Source: Atractiella rhizophila (lineage: Eukaryota). Taken from it: DNA of 55,098 nucleotides. This document shows positions 39,222 to 48,773 of the stretch, piece after piece. Numbering within the stretch: position 1 is the stretch's first letter; each line of letters opens with the position of its first letter. The notes beneath the pieces were generated by a model that had not been told where the DNA came from, did no database searches, and was given only the letters and a program-made list of their open reading frames with translations. Where the stretch lies: NCBI GenBank assembly GCA_021432655.1, contig MU271404.1:17900-72997 (forward strand). The letters run 5' to 3'. The translations under genes and the position numbers were made by a program.

Positions 39222-39857
39222 TGTACTAGTTTGATTCCTCAGGTGTTCACAGGGTGATACAAGTTCGAGATCTGTGGCTGGATGGATGGGATTCCTTTGG
39301 TTTTCGAACAAGCGCGACGCGGTTTGTTCCTTGATGATCGCGGCAGACGCGATTTTCCTAAGGTTTCCAAAACAAACTTTTCGGCTTTCTATCCCTGCCT
39401 CCTTTGGAAGTTGTTTGCCCGGCCACTTCAAGCAAGTTGCGGATTTCTTTTATTCTCCAAAGACAGGAATATGGCAACTCCTCTGTTTTGCAACACCCTA
39501 ATGAAGGCAGGAGCTCTAATGAGTAAGTTTACAGTGTCTCAACAAGAGTCAGTCGAGATCACGCCTTTGAGACAGGCAAAATAGAGATCGATGCAAAGTA
39601 CACACCGGGTCGGTTGTAATAAATCTGCCTGAGCTCGAGCTCAGCCTTGATGCGCACATTCCCATCTGGAGAGAGCGTCGCTTCGAGCACCTGTGCGAGC
39701 GCTTCCATTGTACTAGTTTGATTCCTCAGGTGTTCACAAGGTGATACAAGTTCGAGATCTGTGGCTGGATGGATGGGATTCCTGTGGTTTTCGGACAAGC
39801 GCGACGCGGTTTGTTCCTTGATGATCGCGGCAGACGCGATTTTCCTAAGGTTTCCAA
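39054..39857. repeat. Duplicated importin exon 1/promoter block A (39054-39370 vs 39541-39857), with block B (39371-39540) repeated at 41881-42050
   Basis: Offset 487 for A and 2510 for B; SNPs concentrate in intron/UTR sequence, and the one exon-1 change seen is synonymous (ACA/ACG). Confidence 0.93.
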
Positions 39858-41880
39858 TACCTTCCCAAGTGGAGTACCCCATGGCATCATTTAAGGTTCC
39901 CATCATGTGACTAGGCGCAAGCCTGCGCAAGCGTAGAGCAGCACTGACCCACCACCTATCCCTCCCTCCACGCTCCGTCTCCTTCTCACTCCCTTCAATT
40001 ACGCCACGAACAGCTTTCGATGCTTCCTCCGACAACGGGATCGCTTGAAACCCGCATAAAACGGACCTCACAATGGAAGCTACCTTCGACGACGAAATTC
40101 GTGAGAGGAACAGGTTTTAGGATGTCCTTGTCAGCCGGAATAGGTTGTAGCAAGGTGTGTTGTCTCACATTCACGGAGAAAAGGATGTAATTTCATTTTG
40201 AATGGGGGAAAGGAGCTTTTTTGTTGAAACTAGAAAATACTGCTAGAAAACGAAGGAACCGCTGTGGAATGGAAATCAGGTCATGAAAAGGTGTGTACTT
40301 ACGCTTATACTTACTCGAAACCGCTGAATTTGGCGTAAAAGCTTTATTTCTCATCGAAATCACTTGAAACGACCAAAAGGGCGACGACGAATGGACGTTC
40401 GGTTCAATCCAATAAGCGCTGCTTGGATCGAAGTAGAATAGTACAAGGTGTAGCTGTAAGCCATTTTACAGCTCGTTCTTAACTAAATCGGAACAGCAAA
40501 ACTTACCTCAGCAGCGCTTTCCGACGCCTCCACCTCCAATCAGCAACGAGACCGTCCCTTTGCTCCCTCTTTCGCCCCAACTATCACCCTGCCTTCGACT
40601 GCCCCACGCTTTTCGCTCGCTTCGATCTCCCCCTCGAAGATGTATGGACGAGTGGTTGATGTGTGACGAAACTCACCTGCAGAACAGTGCAAGGAGGAGT
40701 TGCCACGGATTTGGAGGACTTGGAGGACTGGATTGGAGGGATTCATATGTTCATAAAGTGTTCACAGATAAATGTGATAGTGGAAAACGATTTCTTTCAT
40801 TTATTTTGACTTAAAAGTACAAAGCAACATGAGGAGGCAACTCATAGAGTGCAACGAAACTTTTCGACGACTGAGAAAATCCGCTTGGCCGCACTCGACT
40901 AGTGTTGGACACGGGGAAGAGACGTTAACGTGGTGAGAAACGAAGTGAACCTGTTCCGACAGTGGTTAGTACAGGAGAAAGGAACAGAGACGGAACTGGA
41001 CATGCGAAAACATGGTACACACCTGTGACAATCTCGCCATACAGCATATATTAGCACCTAGCATGGTGCAATCGTTCTGTTAGATGTCGGCGGTGTTAAA
41101 TCGAGCAGGGATTTTCCACGAACGCTGGAAAGATGAAGGAAAGGGGACGGGAGGAAAGTGGTGCTATCATTCACAAAAGCCTTTTTTCCACTCAACCCGT
41201 GCCCAAATGAGTAAAAAAGTGGACAAACCGTCTCCTCCTTGCCGATAAAGACTGAAAGTATTCATACGCGCCACCTAAGTACTCCGGATGCCACGCACAA
41301 AGCCGCGATTCGTCATTTGGTGGGAAACTGAAAGGTGGTTGCAGCAGGTTGGGGGCGTTCGAAATGGAGATTCGGCGTGAGGCATCATTTGGGGGGGTCG
41401 TACTAGAGCTGGGAATGATGCTACAAGCATCTTCAGCATGAAAATGAGGCGAGGGGAGCGGGACTGACCTGATTTTGGCGGTGATGACAGTGGGGAGGTG
41501 CCACTTCGCAAATTTGAGGCGGAATGAAGTCATGTGATGTTGGAGAGGTTGGAATGAGTCTACGAGGGGAACTGGAGAGCGGTGGGGTGTTTATTGAGGG
41601 TGGGAATAGGTCAAAGTTGTCGTTTCTGCATTCATGATCAGCTCAGAAGAAAGACACCAAAAAGAGGTCCGAGAATGGAGAACTCACCTGTGTAGGACTC
41701 CCCCAAGCCTCTCATTCACACCGAAGGCTCTCAATCATTGTCCAGATCATCGTCGGCAACTGTTGAAGAGTTCCACTGGTCATAGAGGAAAGTGGTGGAT
41801 GCAGGTTGCGCATTGCGCGCGATGCGCGCCCTGCGACCATGGCATCATCTGGGGGGGGTCGTACTAGGTAAGTGGTTTAC
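39858..41880. mobile_element. ~2.0-kb insertion, probable non-autonomous DNA element of unknown class
   Basis: Empty site ggtttccaa|aacaaac at 39362-39377; filled allele ggtttccaa|X|aacaaac; GC hairpins and CTAG near both ends; degenerate subterminal inverted repeats; no transposase ORF seen. Confidence 0.65.
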
Positions 41881-41980
41881 AACAAACTTTTCGGCTCTCT
41901 ATCCCTGCCTCCTTTGGAAGTTGTTTGCCCGGCCACTTCAAGCAAGTTGGGGATCTCTTTTATTCTCCAAAGACAGGAAT

Positions 41981-42476
41981 ATGGCAACTCCTCTGTTTTG
42001 CAACACCCTAATGAAGGCAGGAGCTCTAATGAGTAAGTTTACAGTGTCTCTGGTTAGCTGCAACAGAAGCTCATAACCTTTTGACAGGCACTGTGGGTAT
42101 TTGCGCTGGCGCAATGGGGTCTCACGCTCTCAAACCTAGTCTAGGAGAAGTAGGTGTAAGTGTTATTTCCCACTTCATCAGCTGCGGCACCACATTATCT
42201 TTTCGCTGAGAGCTAACGAATCAGACATCAACATGGCTAACATCTTCCAACTACCTCCTCATGAACGGCATCGCCGTGCTCGCCATTAGCTCGCATCCCA
42301 GATTATACCGGCATAAATTATCAGCTCCCCTTATTCTCGCTGGAGCGACATTATTCTCCGGATCTATTTTCCTCCTCCTCCTCGCAAAGGAGAAGTTTAA
42401 GTGGTTGGGACCGGTAACACCGATTGGGGGCACACTGATGATAGTGGGTTATGCGAGCATTTTGTTTGTAGCGTAG
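41981..42476 (+). CDS. TMEM256: TMEM256/DUF423 small membrane protein (3 exons); first exon also copied at 39471-39522
   Basis: Spliced 'MATPLFCNTLMKAGALMSTVGICAGAMGSHAL...WLTSSNYLLMNG...LFSGSIF...LGPVTPIGGTLMIVGY', matching the DUF423 GAxGxH / FSGS / GPxTPxGG motifs. Confidence 0.9.
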
Positions 42477-42828
42477 AGAGAATAGAGAGCTTGCTATTGA
42501 TGTCGTCTCCACTCCGAGCTGAGCTTTACAGTAAACTGCGATTGTGATCGATAATCATCCAGTCCCAGCTTGCTCAAACGAACGGTGTACGGTGTTTGAA
42601 GCCTGGTAATACTCACTGTTACCAGGGACAGAAGGCAAGGAATTATTGGAATAATCTCATGCTTGGGGGTTATCCGCGTATTAGCGAATGATTTTCAGAC
42701 TTGGGGGACTTGGACTACAACCACAGCATCATGATCTTTCCTGAGGAACATGAACATGTGCCATAAAAAGGAGACATTCCAGAGGTAAATGCTTCGACAG
42801 GATCTCGCGGCAGGTTCTGATTCTCAAC

Positions 42829-44669
42829 ATGCTACTCTTTCTAGTGTCTGTATCACACCCCACCAATCCCGACACCTCCGAGTCCAATCTCAACATCACC
42901 TTCACGAATGTCGCAAAAGAGCTTTGGTCTACACGCATCTGCAATGTGGAGTTTGAGTTACGGCCAACATCACTCGCCGCAGAGGAAAAGGACGAATCGT
43001 TGTATCCCATCACATTTGAGGTGGATATCAATGATCCACGCACCTATTCAGTCCTGATTCTTGCGAACAATGACCTTTCCACTGTGGTCGGGACTGTTTC
43101 TACGGATTCAACGGCTTCAGAATTACGCAAGTCAGCTTTGAATGATCCGAGCATCCAACTCGAAGCAGGAGCGAATGCTGTCAGGCTCGATATCACTGTA
43201 ATGGAGAGATGGGAGCACTCTCCATTCAACGATCTGCCTAACGAAATGATATACTTGATTTTCGAGTCCATGATCAAGGCTGAAGATTATGACGCAAAAA
43301 CGAGGGTAAGGTCATTATCTCTCGCTCAAAGTGGTGCCCACTAACACTCAGTATTAAGGAAAATTCTGCCATTTTTCGACACCTTAAGCGCCTTCGATTA
43401 GTCAATCACCTGTTTTCTCGCATTTCTTTCTTTAAAATATGCCAGCTTTGTGGATATTACGATGTACCACGGGCAGTGACAATGGCCGATAATAAAACGT
43501 ACAAAGCGACCCCGATCGATCCAATTTTCTTGATGGAGCACTACCCTACCGACTTTCCTCCTCACCTTGAAATTCTCAAGAGCGAGTGGATCAAGCCCAG
43601 ACACAGGCTTTCCAGGTTATGGTCCATTCTTCTTCGAGCTTTTCAAATCAGTTTAAAGCTTCGGAACATGAACCTAATGCTCGGCGCACCGCCAGAGACC
43701 AAACATCGAAAACGGATTCTGCGTTCTCTAGCCCAGCTCCCTAGCTTGAAAATCTTGACCCTACAAAATTCGGTAACTACTGGGCGTACTCGATGGAACG
43801 CGGCAGACCTCGCCTTCTATCTTCAACAAGATATTCGCGTCGAATGGATCCAACTCTCTGGCTGGGATCTATCCTCTCCTGCCGACTTCAGCGCTTGCAG
43901 AAGGGCACAGAATCTTATAGGTCTCAGCCTTACAGGATGTCGCATCACTCTTCCAATTCTAGAACAGGTTTTGCCTTTCCTTGTTCCTTTAGCTGGACGA
44001 GCAAGACATCGAGATGATTTCAATTCGGTATTCTTTAACACTTTCGCCCCAGGGAGACTTAATCCGGAGCACGCGGTCTCCTTACTGTCCTCCCTGACCA
44101 CCTCCTTACATTGGTTGATAGTTACCAATTGGCTGCATGAAAGAGATGCATTCAAACGTCAAATAATCCTGCAAAATCCTCTGGACCAGCATCTGTACAC
44201 TTTTCGAGGTTTGTTTGAGTTTCAAATGACCCATGATTTCTAACGTGTTGCAGAGCTCCGACGATTGATCCTTGATGGAGCGCACTCCTCTACCAATCTG
44301 GTTTCTCCTCATTTTTTACAACACCTGCAATGTCCCACTCTCCAGCTTTTGACCGTCGCATGCTGTTATCTGGTCTATGAGGACGTCTTAAACTTCCTAT
44401 CTTCGCGCACACAGTTTGCAGCCCATCGAACAACCAAGTTTTGGTTCAGTTTTACCCCACTTTGGGGAGATTTGGACGTCGTAATGTTCGCTAAAGACAT
44501 GATTGAGCTTGACGGAGACGAGGGTAGCGATGTCAAGGACGCCTGCAGCATCAAGCCATGGCTTATTGGTGACGAGGGCGACATGATTTATGAGGGCCAA
44601 AATTTTCGAGTAACTTTCAATGAGGGAGGAATATCATCCGGGAGCAACATTTCTGGTGTTTGGGATTGA
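42829..44669 (+). CDS. Putative F-box/LRR-like protein with beta-rich N-terminal domain (paralog B)
   Basis: Same start 'MLLFLVSV', 'PFNDLPNEMIYLIFESM', introns 43306-43358 and 44209-44253 at the same positions as paralog A, and shared end 'FRVTFNEGG...SGVWD*'. Confidence 0.75.
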
Positions 44670-45057
44670 GCATCGATCGTGTGGGAATTTACTGGCGAGG
44701 ACACAGTTCGTTACATATCATTGAAAGATTGTTACTGGGTACTCAGTAGGCGCAGCGAACAGCGGCAAACGATTTGGAATTTGATTAATGGATTAGCTTT
44801 ATTACACGACCCAAGCTGTAAGTATGCACACAAAAATCAAAGCTACAAATGAACAGAGGTCAACGTACAACCAAGAGAGAAGAAAGCACGTCAAAAGGCG
44901 AAGTACTATGACAGGAAGGACATGTCTATGTTTATCGTTGTCTTTTATTTGAACAGGACGAGAGAACGAACGTAAATGCTTGAATCTTCTTGCTTCTGAC
45001 TTGATGCAAAGGGAATGAATGAATGAACTGGAAATTGCGTGACGGATTGAAGAGTAC

Positions 45058-48000
45058 CTAAACTGGAGGCAACAAAGCCCAACCTTTATGACCTCTCCAA
45101 CCTTCGTTACCTCTAAAAAAGGCATGAATCATAATCTCCTCTGTCGACGGTCTCTCGGTGCTGACCACCTCCAAGCACCGTGCACAGAGGTCGACAGCAT
45201 CTCGCATGGTGCCAGAGCCCGGAGCAGGATCGGGGAGACCACCAGTTGGGGACAGAATTGGAGACGATGAAGCTGAGCCAGACCTTTGCGGATCGGCCAC
45301 TTTGATCTTGGATTTGAGTGCCCACAGACCGCGCGTCCCTTCTCGCACTCCGTCTTGCACCTTTATTTAAATCTGATATCAGCTGTGAACTGTATGGGCA
45401 GGAGAACACTGACCTCTTCGGCGGCATAGAATGGACATTCTCCCACAATCAGGACGTAAAGCAGGACACCTAAAGCCCAAACATCCGTCTCCTTACCGCC
45501 GTACCGTTCCCCTTTTAACACTTCCGGCGCTGCAAAACTATTCAACACGATCAGCAGGGTCCACACATGAATGGTAAGCACGAACTCGAGAGTACCAGAG
45601 AAGGTATCGAACTTTCTTCCCTCCCGGATATAAGCAGCGCTTCCGAAATCTATCAGCTTGACGCCTCCCAATCCATTTTCTCCATCGAGCACGACATTCT
45701 CATCCTTGATGTCCCTATGCACAACGCCAATCGAATGAAGCCAACGAACCGCGTCGGCGATCTGGCTGAAAATGTTCTTGATTTCTTGCACCGGTAATCC
45801 TTCAGGGTATGACTCTACGTAGTCGAAGAGGTCACGACCGTGCTGGGAAAGCGGCATAACTAAATAATAGTAATCCGCGTCCTCAAAAAAGTCGAGGATG
45901 CTGCAGATTGATGGATGGCCGGTAAGAACGTCGTTTTCTACCGGAGGGGGGGCTGCTCCAGGGGGGTAGGAAGACTTCCGAGGTTGAGATCTGGTATTGG
46001 TAGTCGGAGGAGGGGTATAAGGTACTCTCCTGAGATAATCAAGGACGTGAATTTCGACTGGTATTGGTCCGAGGGTCTTATGCCGTTTCCAACAATCCGC
46101 CAGAATCCTCTGCTTGATGATGTACTTGATGATAACCAATGGGCCAACCGGTTCGCCGTCTATCCCCTTCTCCCTTCCCCGTCTAACTAATCCATAAGCC
46201 CCTTTCCCAGCTTCTCCCTCAAGAATGAAATCGTCCACGCTCCGTGCTCCAGTGACAGCGCTATACATTTGTGGATCTATAGGCTGTCTCGAATCCACAA
46301 GCGGAATCTTGGCTGCAGTACTCGTCGGGAGAGGAACGGCACTAGAAGCTCTAGACATGGCTGGGGATGAAGAGAAAGAAGGAGTAGGGGCTGGACTGAA
46401 TCCTACCGTGGTGGAGGTGACTCCTTTCCGTTCCGTAACGCCGGGAGAAGATGGCAGGGCCCTCTTGGTTAGCGAGGTATTCCGCGATAACCCTGAAAAG
46501 ACCGAAGTTGGATCCATCTGTTTAGAACTTGTAAGGCTGGCAGCACTCAGAGATGGTAAATTCGCTGGGCGAGTAGGTGGGGGGTATGTATTCGATGGAT
46601 CGGGTTTTCGTCCTGCTGTGACTGGAGATGGAGGTAAGGACTCGTCAGAGTCTCGGTAATATTGGGATGTGTCGGTCAGCGCAAAGGTCTTGACCGTGTC
46701 CGCCGCGGAGAGAGATGAAGGAAATTTTCGACCAATCTGTGTAATCTTGCCCAAAAATGGAGGAGAGGTTTGTTCTTCAGTAGGTCCTTCGTCCATTGCT
46801 ATCCGTGGTACTTCCTGTACGGTTCCATTCTCTACTACCCCGCCCCGTCTTCTATCCTCCTCTGTAACGTCTCCAGAGTTTTCTGAGGAACTTGAAGAGT
46901 CTGAACTCGAAGAATCGGAGCTGGTCACCGAGGAAATACTCATCGAGTGAGCTCGTGTGGTCGCCGTTGTAGAGGGGGATGGTTCGGGTCCAGATGGGAG
47001 GAGGGAGTGGAGGGATTCGGAGAACGAGCGCCACTCCTGCGATGAAAATGAGTACATAGTCCTGTTGACAGAAAAATATGATTTGACGTTCACGAACACA
47101 ACTTGAAGCGGTACTTGAAAGCGCACGACTGTCGTGGAAGTTTCATTCCACTATGGTTGACAGCTCAAGGTTCAATGAAGTGCTATACAGCCTCATGTTG
47201 CAGCACTGGCGCTGTGTTTCCTAGAAGCAATATGACCATCTCCACCCACCGTCCACGTAGAAAGCAAACGAGGCAAAGATCTGTGAACGTCTGGAGGAAA
47301 TCTATGAGAGCCCATGTATCGCAAAGTCCACACGCTGGAATGCCCTTTAATATTGACAATGAAATGGATAAGAGTAGGAATGGAGTGAAGTAGGCTGGCA
47401 GATAGCGTCCTTTTAGTGTATCATACTAACTGTGGCCGACGAGCTGACCTAGGCAACATTGCTGTTCGGCAAGTAAAAGGACGAGTTCATTTTCCATCTG
47501 AAGTGTTAAAATCGGGGCTCAATTCGGATGTCCCCCCATTTCATCCTTAAATAAGCCCTCAATTAATCAATCATGACGCAAGTTCGACAATGAAACTATT
47601 GTTCCACCAGCGGTCAAGGAGCAGCGAGCTGCTTGCACAATCACGAAAGCCAACAAAATTGCGTTCTCGTGAGATGGAAGTGTAGCAGTCCAATTGCTTC
47701 CACAGCCTTCAAAACCATCCAGCAGAAGGGCACGACAGCGATAACCTCACTCCTCACTTCCTCCGTTGAAGAAAGCTCACCTCAGTGGTAGGGGTCATAA
47801 CGACCTCCGCTCCACCTCCCTTTCCCTTACTCTCTCTCCTGTTCCAAGCCCCACTGACTCCTGCCACATCAATCTTCAATCCGCTCATCACCGTCCTTCT
47901 TCCTCCCCATCCCGCCATTCCTCCCGCTCCTCCTCCTTCACCCTCGCCTCCCAGAGCAATTCCAATCCTACTAGGAGCTCTGCTCCTCACCCTCCTCCCT

Positions 48001-48520
48001 CCCGACACTCCTTCTCCCCAAGCACCCGAAGACGTCGAAATCGTGACCGAAGACTGGCTTCTCTCGCCTAATCTGCGCGGCGGCTCAGAAGGAGCCAAAA
48101 GGGGGCTCTGCGGGAGAGGGGCTGGCTGACGTAGGTTCTCGGAGGAGAGAGAGGGGAGAGCGGTCAATCGGGCGGATGGGGAGGAGGGAAGGGCGGCGGC
48201 GAGACGGTAGGAGGTGTGAGGGGATGGGATGTGGTGCGATGGCGGTAGTGGGAGCGTTTGCATCCGCCGTTTGTTGGGCCGTGAGGGACGGGATCCTTTG
48301 ATTGTCGCCTCTCTGTCCAACTTGGAGTTGGCCGTTCCCGCGCCTCCAAGCGATGCAACTTCCTCGTCATCTACCAACCAGCGATGAGAATAAGAATGAG
48401 ATGGATATGAGAATATGAGGACAGACCATTGGAAGTGGGAGATGACTTGAGTTTTAGGCTCTTTTTGCGAGGGAGATCGAGTTGATGGGGATGGTAAGAA
48501 GCTGAACGAGATGGAGCCAT
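45058..48520 (-). CDS. PAS-kinase-family (Psk/Ppk6-like) Ser/Thr kinase with long low-complexity N-terminus; 5' exons inferred
   Basis: Kinase 'GEAGKGAYGLV...IIKYIIKQRILADCW..HKTLGPIPVEIHVL', 'DLFDYVE', 'VHRDIKDENV', 'DFGSAAY', 'APEVL', 'DVWALGVLLY'. Upstream exons (48520-~48427; ~48370-47781) join in frame via inferred intron 47037-47780 ('TPTTE|EWRSF'). Confidence 0.85.
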
Positions 48521-48773
48521 CTCTTCCACCACGACTCTCCCTTCTCTCATCTGTCGCCTGTTCCTAGTCAGCCGCTACTGAGCAATTACGGTGGAGATGC
48601 TGCAAAAAGACGGCAAAAAAGAGGAGATCTGATGGAAATTGACGGATTCGTCGTTCTTTTCAACTTCAACCATCGGACAGCCGACGTAACGTACCATCAC
48701 GTGGTTCGCGTCTCCAATAATTTTTTTTCGATCAACATAACCAAGTTGAACCAACCAAAGCCTCATCCATAAC

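Noticed and set aside
39471..39540. Second TMEM256 gene or pseudogene, and second importin gene start at ~39708
   Set aside because: Only first-exon fragments cut at the duplication junction; best explained as the other allele or an assembly overlap.
39559..40071. 170-aa ORF that seems to extend importin exon 1 N-terminally
   Set aside because: Chance open frame from the insert through the promoter into the duplicated exon 1; it starts at a non-ATG codon and ends in the intron.
48698..48767. E-box, RRPE-like and PAC-like motifs upstream of RIX1
   Set aside because: Short, imperfect matches; the PAC-like hexamer is only 6 nt from the ATG, and these motifs are defined mainly in ascomycete yeasts.
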